The notes under the pieces were generated by a model. That model was given only the letters and a program-made list of their open reading frames with translations, was not told the DNA's origin and did no database searches. A program made the position numbers and the translations under genes. DNA of 64,000 nt from an uncultured Candidatus Saccharibacteria bacterium (GTDB taxonomy: Bacteria; Patescibacteriota; Minisyncoccia; Phycocordibacterales; UBA2100): positions 30,043 through 94,042 of the forward strand of contig CAZQMS010000003.1 of the NCBI GenBank assembly GCA_964594735.1. Direction: 5' to 3'. Position 1 is the first letter of the stretch, and each line of letters starts with the position of its first letter. This document shows, in pieces, positions 31,819-41,197 of the stretch.

Positions 31819-33054
31819 ATGCATGAGAAGACCTTCCCCGATGGATTTTTGTGGGGAGCCGCTACCGCCGCATACCAAGTAGAAGGGGGGATAGAGAATT
31901 GCGACTGGGCCAAGGCGGCGCGCGAGGGTAAAGTGCCGGCGTGCGGGATGGCCTGCGACCACTACAATCGCTACGAAGCCGATTTTGATATTGCAAAAGA
32001 GCTCGGGCACACCTGCCACCGCCTTTCTATAGAATGGGCGCGCATCGAGCCGGAAGAGGGGAAGTGGGACGAGAAGGAGGTCGAGCACTATAGGAAAGTG
32101 ATTGAAGCGCTGCGCGCGCGGCACCTCAAGCCGTTCATTACACTCTGGCACTTTACATTGCCACAATGGTTTGCAGACAAGGGCGGATTCGAGCACCCGG
32201 ACGCGCCGAAGATTTTTGCGCGCTACTGTGCTTTTATTGCGGAGAAATTTGGCAACGACTGCCGCCACTTCGCGACGATGAATGAGCCGGGCGTCTACGT
32301 ATCCAATGGGTGGAGGCGGGGGAGCTGGCCGCCGTTTCGTGCGTGGCCGGGCATCGGCGCGATCAGAGCAGTTCCCGGCCATCGCGAGTTTAGCGCTCAG
32401 CACATCTCGTGGCGCAACATCCCGGCATATTTCCGTATGATGCGGCGCTTAGCTGAGGCGCACAACGTTGCGTACGATGCGATGAAGGCCGCGGGCTTCG
32501 GCGTGGAAGTGGGGCTCGTGCACCAAGTAATCCTTTTCCACGCGAATGCTAATCCACTCAATAAGCTGCTCGCAGCGGTGATGAACTGGCACTGGACGCA
32601 CTCATTCATTCGTCGCGTGCACCACAAATGCGATTCTATCGGGGTCAATTACTACCTGCACAAAAAGTTTGGTGACACGCGTGTGTACGACAAAACAGAT
32701 ATGGGCTGGGATGTGTACCCCGAAGGCCTCTGCGACGCGCTTCTTATGCTGAAGCGCTACGGGAAGCCACTGTGGGTGAGCGAGGCAGGCGTGGCAGATG
32801 CCGGAGACCGCATCCGCGCCGACTACATAGAGCGACTCATCCGCTGCATGCACACGGCTATCGAGAAAGGTGCCGACGTGCGCGGCTACATGTACTGGTC
32901 GCTCCTCGACAACTACGAATGGGCGCACGGCTTTGAGAAGCGATTTGGGCTCGTGGCGGTTGACTACGCGACGCAAGAGAGAAAGGTGCGTCCGTCGGCG
33001 TACGTATACAAAGCAATAATCGAGCGCAATGGCTTAGTAGACCCCGTGAGATAA
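31819..33054 (+). CDS. Glycoside hydrolase family 1 beta-glucosidase
   Basis: N-terminal FPDGFLWGAATAAYQVEGG; catalytic-acid region ...TMNEPGVYV...; nucleophile region YITENG-like VSEAGVAD; C-terminal motif WSLLDNYEWAHGF. Confidence 0.85.
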   Translation: MHEKTFPDGFLWGAATAAYQVEGGIENCDWAKAAREGKVPACGMACDHYNRYEADFDIAKELGHTCHRLSIEWARIEPEEGKWDEKEVEHYRKVIEALRARHLKPFITLWHFTLPQWFADKGGFEHPDAPKIFARYCAFIAEKFGNDCRHFATMNEPGVYVSNGWRRGSWPPFRAWPGIGAIRAVPGHREFSAQHISWRNIPAYFRMMRRLAEAHNVAYDAMKAAGFGVEVGLVHQVILFHANANPLNKLLAAVMNWHWTHSFIRRVHHKCDSIGVNYYLHKKFGDTRVYDKTDMGWDVYPEGLCDALLMLKRYGKPLWVSEAGVADAGDRIRADYIERLIRCMHTAIEKGADVRGYMYWSLLDNYEWAHGFEKRFGLVAVDYATQERKVRPSAYVYKAIIERNGLVDPVR

Positions 33055-33143
33055 GCCAATTCGATGACTCACACGATCGTCGCGGCCGGCGGGTTTGTTC
33101 GCAGCAAATAGTCGGAGGGAGTATCTCATGGGGTAGAATAAGG
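33040..33143. repeat. Inverted-arm element family 1, copy C (GACCCCGTGAGATAAGCC ... 63 nt ... GTATCTCATGGGGTAGAATAAGG)
   Basis: The left arm contains the GH1 stop codon. The right arm ends 12 nt before the ATG at 33146, the same spacing as copy A. Confidence 0.55.
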
Positions 33144-33145
33144 CG

Positions 33146-34036
33146 ATGTCGTGGCTCTGGATAGCGATTGCCGCACAGTTTCTCCTCGCGATTTCAGTCG
33201 TTATCGACAGGCATATTGTCGTGAGGGCGGCGCACATCGGCCGACCCATCGTCTATACATTTTATACGTGTGTCCTCTCCGGCTTTGTCGTGGTCATCGC
33301 GCCGTTCGGGCTCGTCTCGATGCCATCGAGCGAGGTATTCTTGCTTTCGCTCCTGAGCGCCGCGACTTTTGTCGCAGCGCTCTACTACCTCTACAGCGCG
33401 CTGCGTGTTGCACGTGCATCCGACGCTGCACCCGTCATCGGGGCGATTTCTGCACTCACATCACTGGCTCTCGCGTGGGTATTCGTGGTGGGCGACATCA
33501 GTGCGCACGCGGTGCCTGCGGTGCTGCTCCTGGTCTCTGGTACTGCGCTCATCTCGCACTTTCACTTCAGGAAGCACGCTCTTGTGTATGCACTCACCGC
33601 AGGAGGGCTCTTCGGTGCAGCAATTTTCCTGACCAAACTCGTGTACAACGCGACAGGCTTCCTCGACGGATTCTTCTGGACGCGCGTACTCGCGCTCGTA
33701 GTCGCACTCTCTTTCCTCGCGGTTCCCTCGCTGCGGCGGGCAATTTTCCACGGTGGTAAACACTCGAGTCGCGGTGCCAGATCGCTCGTGCTCGCCAACA
33801 AAGTAATCGCGAGTAGTGCAAGCGTGCTCACGGCGTATGCGGTATCTCTCGGGAGCGTCGCGGTCGTCAATTCGCTTGCGGGTCTGCAGTTCGCATTTCT
33901 CTTCATCTTCTCGCTCCTCTTTGCCAACTTCATGCCGCGGGGCGATGACCCGATGACGCACGGTCACGGCGGGTGGCAGACCGGAGTGGGTGTGGTACTC
34001 ATCGCGCTCGGGCTCGGCACGCTCTTCCTCACATGA
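33146..34036 (+). CDS. DMT-superfamily (EamA-like) 10-TM membrane transporter
   Basis: Two repeated 5-TM halves, typical of EamA. Confidence 0.55.
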   Translation: MSWLWIAIAAQFLLAISVVIDRHIVVRAAHIGRPIVYTFYTCVLSGFVVVIAPFGLVSMPSSEVFLLSLLSAATFVAALYYLYSALRVARASDAAPVIGAISALTSLALAWVFVVGDISAHAVPAVLLLVSGTALISHFHFRKHALVYALTAGGLFGAAIFLTKLVYNATGFLDGFFWTRVLALVVALSFLAVPSLRRAIFHGGKHSSRGARSLVLANKVIASSASVLTAYAVSLGSVAVVNSLAGLQFAFLFIFSLLFANFMPRGDDPMTHGHGGWQTGVGVVLIALGLGTLFLT

Positions 34037-35022
34037 GAACGCTCTTTAAAATACTGCTCGCTCTCTGCGCAGTCGTCGCGCTCGCGCTTATCTACCTGCT
34101 CGCGACGCTCGACAAAGTGCCTGCGCGCGTGAGCTACGGAGCGACCTTCAGCACGCTCTACGCAGAAGAGCTTGGTCTCGACTGGCGCGCTGTCTACCGC
34201 GCCACGCTCGATGACCTCGGTGTGCGAAAACTTCGTATCCCTGCGTACTGGCCACGTATAGAGACGTCGCGCGATTCATATGACTGGAGTGAGCTCGACT
34301 TCATGGTGCGGCTCGCGGCGGAGCGGGATGCGAAAGTCATCCTCGCGATAGGTCGCCGCGTGCCGCGCTGGCCCGAGTGTCACATTCCTCACTGGACGGA
34401 ACAGCTCTCAGAGGACGAGCGCAAGGACGAGCTTCTCGAACTCCTCGAGGCGCTTGTGACGAGGTATCGCGGCAGTCCTGCAGTGGAGTACTGGCAGGTC
34501 GAGAACGAGGCGTACTTGAGTCTTTTTGCATTCGAGCACTGTGGCGAGCTGGACGAAGAGCTTCTCGATGAGGAAATTCGCCTCGTGCGTTCGCTCGACG
34601 ATAGACCCATCCTTTTGACCGACAGTGGCAACCTCGGACTCTGGCTCTCTCCGTATAAGCGGGGCGACTCGTTTGGCACGAGTCTCTACATGTACTTCTG
34701 GAACCCCGAGGTCGGGCAATTCAAGACAAAGGTGCCGCCGATTTTTTACCGAGCAAAGGACCGCATAGCGGAGCTCGTCCACGGCGAGAAGCCCGTGTAT
34801 CTCATCGAGCTCTCGCTTGAGCCGTGGCTCACGCAGGCTATCGTAGAGACGCCGCGGGAGACGCAGCTCTCACGCATGGACATGGAGAAATTCAACGAAA
34901 TCCTCGCGTACGCACGCCGCACGAGCTTTGAGCGGCAATACCTCTGGGGCGTCGAGTGGTGGTACTACATGCGGGAGCGAAACCACCCCGAATTCTGGGA
35001 CGCTGCGAGAGATCTGTTCTAG
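34033..35022 (+). CDS. Secreted/anchored glycoside hydrolase (clan GH-A TIM-barrel, GH5/GH113-like)
   Basis: Signal-anchor; catalytic NE motif in WQVENEAY; a second acidic region in LIELSLEPW. ATGA overlap with the upstream gene. Confidence 0.55.
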   Translation: MRTLFKILLALCAVVALALIYLLATLDKVPARVSYGATFSTLYAEELGLDWRAVYRATLDDLGVRKLRIPAYWPRIETSRDSYDWSELDFMVRLAAERDAKVILAIGRRVPRWPECHIPHWTEQLSEDERKDELLELLEALVTRYRGSPAVEYWQVENEAYLSLFAFEHCGELDEELLDEEIRLVRSLDDRPILLTDSGNLGLWLSPYKRGDSFGTSLYMYFWNPEVGQFKTKVPPIFYRAKDRIAELVHGEKPVYLIELSLEPWLTQAIVETPRETQLSRMDMEKFNEILAYARRTSFERQYLWGVEWWYYMRERNHPEFWDAARDLF

Positions 35023-35027
35023 TGAGC

Positions 35028-35627
35028 ATGGCAAAGTGGTACAATCGCCCTATGGCTTTTGAAGCGTACGCAGCGAGGACACACGACAAAATGCGCGAGG
35101 TGCTCATGGACCAAGCGGCGCATGGACCGGATATCCACTACTACATGGTTCGTGGTGGGAAAAACAAGCGCAATGTGACGATTCTCGAGAGCGGCACCGT
35201 GGGGGGCGAGTACATCAAGACATATGGGCACTACCACGTAGGCAACCTCGACGAGACGTACTGGTTCAAAGAGGGCGAGGGAGTGGCGCTCCTGCAGAAA
35301 CTCGCCGACCCGACCAATCCATCGGTCGTCGCGGAATTCAAGGCGGTGCAGGTCAAAGCGGGAAGCGAGGTATACATGCCGCCGGGCTACGGACATCTCA
35401 TGGCCAATGTGGGGAAAGAGTGGCTCGTGATGGTGGATGATTCTCCCGTCGAGGGTCCGGATGACAGCGCTTCGATGCCGGGACACGCCGACTACGAGCC
35501 GGTAAAAAAAATGCAGGGGTTTGCATATTACGTCGTCGAGCGCGACGGAAAGCCCGTGCTTAAGAAGAATCCGAAGTACGCGGACGTGCGCGCAACCGAT
35601 TTCGGCGGGCTTCCCGTCGTCGAATAG
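35028..35627 (+). CDS. pgiA: Cupin-type glucose-6-phosphate isomerase (archaeal-type cPGI)
   Basis: Cupin metal-binding motif TYGHYH...E and a second His motif GYGH, matching the Pyrococcus/Thermococcus cPGI family. Confidence 0.65.
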   Translation: MAKWYNRPMAFEAYAARTHDKMREVLMDQAAHGPDIHYYMVRGGKNKRNVTILESGTVGGEYIKTYGHYHVGNLDETYWFKEGEGVALLQKLADPTNPSVVAEFKAVQVKAGSEVYMPPGYGHLMANVGKEWLVMVDDSPVEGPDDSASMPGHADYEPVKKMQGFAYYVVERDGKPVLKKNPKYADVRATDFGGLPVVE

Positions 35628-35630
35628 CTG

Positions 35631-36434
35631 ATGCACATCATTGCGGACATAGGTGGTACGAAGATGCGTCTCGCGCGCACCGATGACATGCAGAGATTCT
35701 CGGAGCCTCTGATCCTTGATACCCCGCAGGACGACGATGCGTTTCTTGGAGTTTTCGAGCACGCGGTCGAAAAACTCGCGGCTTCGGATAAAGTGGAGGC
35801 AATCGTTGCGGGAAAGCCTCTGTGGAAGCGCCGGGACGGGCTTGAAGAGGAGCTCAGGAAACGCCTGCCTGCGCCAGTTTCTTTCGAGAACGATACGGCG
35901 CTCGTGGGGCTCGGCGAGGCACACTATGGTGCCGGACAGGGCTCACAGATTTTCGTATACATTACAGTTTCAACCGGGGTCAATGGCATCCGCATCGTTG
36001 ATGGGCGGGTAGACACATCGACACAGGGGTTCGAGATCGGTGGGCAATACCTCAACCTCGGGAGCACAGTTTCATGGGAAGAAATGATTTCGGGCACGGC
36101 GATATCAAAGCGATTTGGCTCCCACCCCAAAGACCTCGGGAAAGGCAACGCGGTGTGGGAAGAACTCGCCGAGACGCTCGCGTACGGTCTTCACAACTCC
36201 ATTTTGCACTGGTCACCGGACAGGGTCGCGATAGGCGGCTCGATGCTCAACGAAGTGGGCATTTCTGTCGAACGCACAGCGCTGCACCTAAAGAAGATCA
36301 TGCGCAAATTCCCGCGGGTGCCAGACATTGTGCACTCAAAGCTCGGCGATGTGGGAGGGCTCTACGGCGGACTCGCCCTGCTACGCCAAAAGGCTGCTGG
36401 CGAGTCAGCTCCGCTCAAACGCCTCCACTCCTAA
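35631..36434 (+). CDS. ROK-family sugar kinase (glucokinase-like)
   Basis: N-terminal DIGGTKMR ATP-binding loop, ENDTALVGLGE, and a GTGVGGG-like region (YITVSTGVNGIRIV). Confidence 0.7.
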   Translation: MHIIADIGGTKMRLARTDDMQRFSEPLILDTPQDDDAFLGVFEHAVEKLAASDKVEAIVAGKPLWKRRDGLEEELRKRLPAPVSFENDTALVGLGEAHYGAGQGSQIFVYITVSTGVNGIRIVDGRVDTSTQGFEIGGQYLNLGSTVSWEEMISGTAISKRFGSHPKDLGKGNAVWEELAETLAYGLHNSILHWSPDRVAIGGSMLNEVGISVERTALHLKKIMRKFPRVPDIVHSKLGDVGGLYGGLALLRQKAAGESAPLKRLHS

Positions 36435-36527
36435 CTCAACTCTTGACGCGTAGTTCAAGGTTGACATTCTCTCCCGTCAGTCCATATCCCCAAATCATGG
36501 CCGGCCGGATGCAATTGAGGGATATGG

Positions 36528-37157
36528 TTAAGGAGTTTGGTCGCGGTCGCGGTAGTGCTTGTACATCTCGACGAGTAGCGGTATCAGTGTTACGAAAATG
36601 ATACTGAGGATGACTAGCTCAAGATATTCGCCGATGAGTGGGAACTGGCTGCCGAGCACGTAGCCGAGTGTAGTGATACCCGTGCCCCACGCGAGCGCAC
36701 CAAGAATATTGAAGATGAGAAACGTGCGGTAGTTCATGCTCGCGATACCCGCCACAATCGGCGCAAATGTGCGGATGATGGGAATAAAGCGCGCAAGGAA
36801 GATGGCTTTCGCGCCATGCTTTTCGTAGAAGTGCTGCGTCCGGCGTAGGTGTGACTGGTGGAAGAAGCGCGAGTCCGGCTTTGTGAAGAGCTTGATGCCG
36901 ACTTTGTTGCCGAACCAGTAACCCACATTGTCGCCGAGTATTGCTGCGATAGTGACAAGCGGGATGAGAATCCAGGGATTGAAGATGCCGGTCGATGCGA
37001 GGAGCCCAGCGGTGAAAAGCAGCGAGCCGCCTGGCAAGAAGAAGCCGATGATGAGGCCGGACTCTGCGAAGATAATTGCAAAGACGCCGGGGTAGCCGAC
37101 GAATTGCAATAGTAGTGACAAATCGATGCCGAAAAACATGTGACGGTCATTATACAT
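36528..37157 (-). CDS. dedA: DedA/SNARE-associated family membrane protein
   Basis: DedA signature (...FLPGGSLLFTAGLLA..., GYWFGNKVG, ...FIARFIP.IRTF.P..AG...M.Y..F...N..GA..W). Confidence 0.8.
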   Translation of the reverse strand: MYNDRHMFFGIDLSLLLQFVGYPGVFAIIFAESGLIIGFFLPGGSLLFTAGLLASTGIFNPWILIPLVTIAAILGDNVGYWFGNKVGIKLFTKPDSRFFHQSHLRRTQHFYEKHGAKAIFLARFIPIIRTFAPIVAGIASMNYRTFLIFNILGALAWGTGITTLGYVLGSQFPLIGEYLELVILSIIFVTLIPLLVEMYKHYRDRDQTP

Positions 37158-37162
37158 AAAGA

Positions 37163-37188
37163 CCGGGCGGTGGCCCGCCCGGTCTAAT
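37163..37188 (-). terminator. Hairpin GACCGGGCGG-TGGC-CCGCCCGGTC downstream of the 37192-37539 ORF
   Basis: 10-bp perfect GC stem. Confidence 0.4.
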
Positions 37189-37191
37189 CGT

Positions 37192-37539
37192 TCAATCCAG
37201 CGAAAGCGTTTTTGTGTGACCTTCAGCTGCCAGTCTTAGGACATTGAGAACGACGAGGAGTCGTCTTGCGTCCCAGGTTGACCACGGCTGTTGACGCACC
37301 GATGGGAACTTGGCGTCAGGGTCACGCTGCTTCATCAGAAACCATGCTTCCAAAAGCAGTGGCTCACGTGAGCTCAGCATCTCAGCTTTCGCTTCCTGGT
37401 ATCGTCGCTCCGCCTCTACGGCGGCCTGACGATGTCCATTGCCTTCATCTTGACCTCCAAAACTGGCCGATGATTCATGCCTGCAAATGGCCAGGATTTG
37501 CAGGTGGTAGTAGTCTATCGCGCTGCGCTGGACGTACAA
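37192..37539 (-). CDS. Hypothetical protein (115 aa) filling the gap between glyA and dedA on the same strand
   Basis: The ORF fits the intergenic gap exactly and is followed by a hairpin. No domain recognised. Confidence 0.35.
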   Translation of the reverse strand: MYVQRSAIDYYHLQILAICRHESSASFGGQDEGNGHRQAAVEAERRYQEAKAEMLSSREPLLLEAWFLMKQRDPDAKFPSVRQQPWSTWDARRLLVVLNVLRLAAEGHTKTLSLD

Positions 37540-37542
37540 GCC

Positions 37543-38850
37543 CTAGACAAACTTTTCCGGAATCGGAAACTTCTTGCAGAGCTTGCGGATGTCTTCACGG
37601 ACACGCTTGTGCACCTTCTTGTCGCTCTTGTTCTTGAGTGTCTCTATCATGAGCTCCGCGACTTTTGCACACTCTTTCTCTTTGAAGCCGCGGGTGGTGA
37701 TGGCGGGCGTGCCAAAGCGGATGCCCGACGGATCGAACGGCTTTCGAGTATCATCTGCAATGGCATTTTTGTTGAGCGTGATGCCTACAGCGTCGAGTGC
37801 CTCTTCAGCGTCCTTGCCACCGATGTTCATCGAACTCCATACGTCGGCGAGCAGAAGGTGATTGTCCGTCCCGCCTGCAATGAGTCGGACCCCGGCATCT
37901 TTGAACACCTTCTCCATAGCTTTCGCGTTCTTCACGACCTGGCGAGCGTACTTCTTAAACGAAGGTTTTAGTGCCTCGCCAAAGCAGACCGCTTTCGCCG
38001 CTATTTGGTGCATGTGCGGCCCGCCCTGGAAACCAGGGAACACACTGCGGTCGATGAGTGTCGGTAGATTCTCTATCGTTTTTTCAGGTGCCTTAAGTGG
38101 ATTCGATACGATGCCTTTAGAGAGAATCATTCCTCCGCGCGGGCCGCGGAGCGTCTTGTGTGTCGTCGTTGTCATGACGTGGAATCCGTAATCGAACGGA
38201 TTTTTGAGGACTCCGCCGGCAATGAGTCCAGCAATATGTGCCACATCTGCGAGGGCAACAGCGTTTACTTCTCTGGCGATGTCGGCGATGGTCTTCCAGT
38301 CCAGTTCGCGGGGGTATGCTGAAAAGCCTGCAAGTATCATTTTTGGCTTCTCCCTCTTAGCCGTGGCGCGCATTTCATCATAGTCAATCTCGCCTGTCTC
38401 GATGTTTTTCATCTTGTAGCGAATAAAGCGAAACAGCTTCGCCATGTGAGTCACCGGGTGTCCGTGTGTAAGGTGGCCGCCATGGGATAAATCCATACCC
38501 ATGATGGTCTCGCCTGGCTCAAGCCATGCGAGATACGCAGCTTCGTTGGCGGAAGCTCCTCCGAGCGGCTGGACGTTGGCGTGGTCGCAGCGGAAGATTT
38601 TCTTTGCGCGCTCGATAGCGATTGTCTCCATCGGGTCAGTAAAATCCTGCCCGCCGTAGTAGCGCTTATATGGATAGCCCTCGGAGTATTTATTGGTAAA
38701 TACCGAGCCGCTCGCTTCTCGGACGGCCATAGAGACGTAATTCTCTGACGGGATGAGTTCGAGACTCTCCGCTTCCCGATGCTCCTCACCGATAAGTGTT
38801 TGGTAAATCTTTGGGTCTTGTTTTTTGACGTGAGAGTATGCAGTTTTCAT
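37543..38850 (-). CDS. glyA: Serine hydroxymethyltransferase
   Basis: SHMT motifs (LIPSENY; GGHLTHGHP; PLP-Lys region TTTHKTLRGPRGG). Confidence 0.95.
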   Translation of the reverse strand: MKTAYSHVKKQDPKIYQTLIGEEHREAESLELIPSENYVSMAVREASGSVFTNKYSEGYPYKRYYGGQDFTDPMETIAIERAKKIFRCDHANVQPLGGASANEAAYLAWLEPGETIMGMDLSHGGHLTHGHPVTHMAKLFRFIRYKMKNIETGEIDYDEMRATAKREKPKMILAGFSAYPRELDWKTIADIAREVNAVALADVAHIAGLIAGGVLKNPFDYGFHVMTTTTHKTLRGPRGGMILSKGIVSNPLKAPEKTIENLPTLIDRSVFPGFQGGPHMHQIAAKAVCFGEALKPSFKKYARQVVKNAKAMEKVFKDAGVRLIAGGTDNHLLLADVWSSMNIGGKDAEEALDAVGITLNKNAIADDTRKPFDPSGIRFGTPAITTRGFKEKECAKVAELMIETLKNKSDKKVHKRVREDIRKLCKKFPIPEKFV

Positions 38851-38892
38851 AAGGGTTCGTGATGGATAAAAAATGTCCGCGCCTACACCATA

Positions 38893-39861
38893 CTATTGTC
38901 CTGCACCGTGTAGGTCTTTGTTGTAGCCACCCGCAACCGTGAGTTCTGCCTTGATGCCCGCGTGTGGCTCGTAGCCGACGAGTTCCACATGCTCCGGTCG
39001 GAATTCGTCGATGCTCTTGAAATCGTGCGTGAATCTTATGGTGGGGAAATTCTTAGGCTCGCGCGCGAGCTGTTCTTCGACCTGCGCGCGGTGATTCTCG
39101 TACATGTGGTAGTCGCCAAAGGTGTGGACGAATTCGCCCGGCTCTCGACCAAGCACTTTGGCAATGATTGCGGTAAGAAGTGCGTAGGACGCGATGTTGA
39201 ACGGCACGCCCAGGAACATGTCGGCGCTGCGCTGGTAGAGCTGGAGGCACACGCGGCCGTGCTTGATGTTGACCTGGTACATGTTGTGGCAGATGGGGAA
39301 GCGTGCACCCTCGCCTGGCCTCGCCATCGAGTACATGTATTCAGGATTCCATGAGGTGACGAGCGTGTTGTGTGCATCGGGGTCTTTGCGGAGCTCGTCT
39401 ACGACCCATCCGAGCTGGTCCACGCGCCTGCCGTCTCGCGCAATCCAGCCGCGCCAATGTTCGCCGTAAATGTGGGGAAGCTCGCCGTGCTCTCTGGCAA
39501 ACGCGGCGTCGTCTTTTATTTTGCCGATGAAGTCGTCTTTCGACATCTCTGGAGCGGCGCCATTTGCCACTTTCTCAACGTAGAGCTTGTACGGGTAGTC
39601 ATCCCAAATGTGGACGTTGTTATCGACGAGGTACTTGATGTTGGTCTGTCCCGACATGAACCAGAAGAGCTCGTGGAGGACTCCGTTCCAGTACACTTTT
39701 TTTGTTGTGAGAAGCGGGAATCCTTCTGAAAGGTCGAAGCGTATCTGACCTCCGAAACGGCTGTATGTCTTCACCCCCGTACCTTTATCCACCTGCTCCT
39801 CGCCCTTTTCGAGTGTCTCCCGCAGGAGGTCGAGGTACTGGTACTCGGGGTGCTTTGCCAT
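38893..39861 (-). CDS. thyA: Thymidylate synthase (ThyA type)
   Basis: PCH catalytic Cys context (ICHNMYQVNIKHGRVCLQLYQRSADMFLGVPFNIASYALL). Confidence 0.95.
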   Translation of the reverse strand: MAKHPEYQYLDLLRETLEKGEEQVDKGTGVKTYSRFGGQIRFDLSEGFPLLTTKKVYWNGVLHELFWFMSGQTNIKYLVDNNVHIWDDYPYKLYVEKVANGAAPEMSKDDFIGKIKDDAAFAREHGELPHIYGEHWRGWIARDGRRVDQLGWVVDELRKDPDAHNTLVTSWNPEYMYSMARPGEGARFPICHNMYQVNIKHGRVCLQLYQRSADMFLGVPFNIASYALLTAIIAKVLGREPGEFVHTFGDYHMYENHRAQVEEQLAREPKNFPTIRFTHDFKSIDEFRPEHVELVGYEPHAGIKAELTVAGGYNKDLHGAGQ

Positions 39862-39863
39862 AC

Positions 39864-40424
39864 CTACTTCGTTGCGGTTTTTTTCTTTTTCGCGGGGACA
39901 AAGTGTTTCCAGTTGTCTTTTGCGAAGCGGCCGACTTTCTTGTAGTTCTGAGATGGTGGAGAAGAGAGCTTGGAGAAAGTGAGCTGCGCGATTTCCATGC
40001 CGGGGCGGAGAATTATCGGAATGTTGCTCTGGTTGGTGATCTCGAACGTAATGTGGAGGAAGTGGCCGGGATTGATGATACCCGCGGTGTTGTGAATCAT
40101 GAGACCGACGCGAGCAAGCGAAGACTTGCCGCCGACTTGAATGAGGTAGTGGTCTGAGCCGAAGAATTCTTTTGAGAGTCCGAGCACGGATACACCGGGG
40201 TGAAGCACGAATTCGTCGCCGTCCTTTACGATTCTTTCAGTGGTCTTTGCAAAAATCTTGCGCGCAGGGTCCACGAAGTGGGTGCTGCTCGCATCGTTCT
40301 CGATAAATTTGTTGCCGAGGAGGATGTCGTACGATGCCGGCTGCAGGCGAGCCGGGTCGAATGGCTCGAGGGTGATTTCCCCGCTGCGAATTGCTACCTT
40401 GATGTCGACGTCGGAGAGGAACAT
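39864..40424 (-). CDS. dcd: dCTP deaminase
   Basis: dUTPase-like fold with Dcd motifs (LQPASYDILLG; GLMIHNTAGIINPG). Confidence 0.85.
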   Translation of the reverse strand: MFLSDVDIKVAIRSGEITLEPFDPARLQPASYDILLGNKFIENDASSTHFVDPARKIFAKTTERIVKDGDEFVLHPGVSVLGLSKEFFGSDHYLIQVGGKSSLARVGLMIHNTAGIINPGHFLHITFEITNQSNIPIILRPGMEIAQLTFSKLSSPPSQNYKKVGRFAKDNWKHFVPAKKKKTATK

Positions 40425-40429
40425 AGAGA

Positions 40430-41104
40430 TTAGTCTACATTAAAAATCTTGTCCGTCCCGTAGTACTCGGGCCAGTGAGCGTTGTAAAAGGCGAACATGC
40501 GCTCAAGCCTGTCTTGGGGAAGCTCTACTACGCCTACCAGGCGCATGAACTCGTCGATTTCCTTGCGCGCCGCATCCACCTTTTCCGAATCATCGACAAT
40601 TCGCTCAAATTCTGCCAAGTAGCCGTATCCCGCGTTCTTGTCGATGCAGATGTTGATGTTGCCGACTTTGTATTCCTCTCGTTCGCGCGACCATTTCGCC
40701 TGATATGTGAACCCAGCCGAGAGGACGAGGTTGTCGAGCTCGACGATGCCGAGCGGAACCTGCTCTTCAAACTCCATACGACTTACACCATTCTCGCTCG
40801 TGTCGTCGCCTACGGACGCTTTGACGACGAGGATGACAATATTGTCTTTGTCGCGGGTACGGACGGAAAAGCTTTTTGCTCGTCCCGCAAGATCTTCGAG
40901 CTTCGCTTTCGCGGTGTCGCTCACGTGAGGCGTCATAACCTCTGTAAGCTGCTGCAAAGTGCCTCCTTCGAAGTAGTGATTGAGCTGGCGATTGCGTTCG
41001 AGGATTTCGCAGTCGGAATCGATTCTCTTCAGTGCGTCGCGCACTTCCTGCGCCTTTTGCGCGTTGCCTAAGAGTGCCTTGACCTCGACCTCGTAAGAAT
41101 GCAT
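40430..41104 (-). CDS. CYTH-domain (triphosphate tunnel metalloenzyme / CyaB-like) protein
   Basis: N-terminal EVEVKA motif (ExExK) and an alternating charged beta-strand pattern. Confidence 0.55.
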   Translation of the reverse strand: MHSYEVEVKALLGNAQKAQEVRDALKRIDSDCEILERNRQLNHYFEGGTLQQLTEVMTPHVSDTAKAKLEDLAGRAKSFSVRTRDKDNIVILVVKASVGDDTSENGVSRMEFEEQVPLGIVELDNLVLSAGFTYQAKWSREREEYKVGNINICIDKNAGYGYLAEFERIVDDSEKVDAARKEIDEFMRLVGVVELPQDRLERMFAFYNAHWPEYYGTDKIFNVD

Positions 41105-41197
41105 GGACGGTCATTATAGCGCCTGCTTGTATGCAACAGCCTTGCCGCAAGCTGGGATATGTGGCACGGTGCAAGGAGTCAATAGGGAGTCAAGCCG

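Noticed and set aside
31768-32403. N-terminal 212 aa of the 459-aa minus ORF (upstream of the HAD motif I)
   Set aside because: Antisense to the GH1 beta-glucosidase and Arg/Pro-rich. The HAD hydrolase starts at its DxDxT motif (31767).
35019-35924. 301-aa minus-strand ORF spanning the PGI/ROK genes
   Set aside because: It is entirely antisense to two well-supported plus-strand genes (cupin PGI and ROK kinase motifs). High-GC genomes routinely produce long antisense ORFs, and it has no domain signature.
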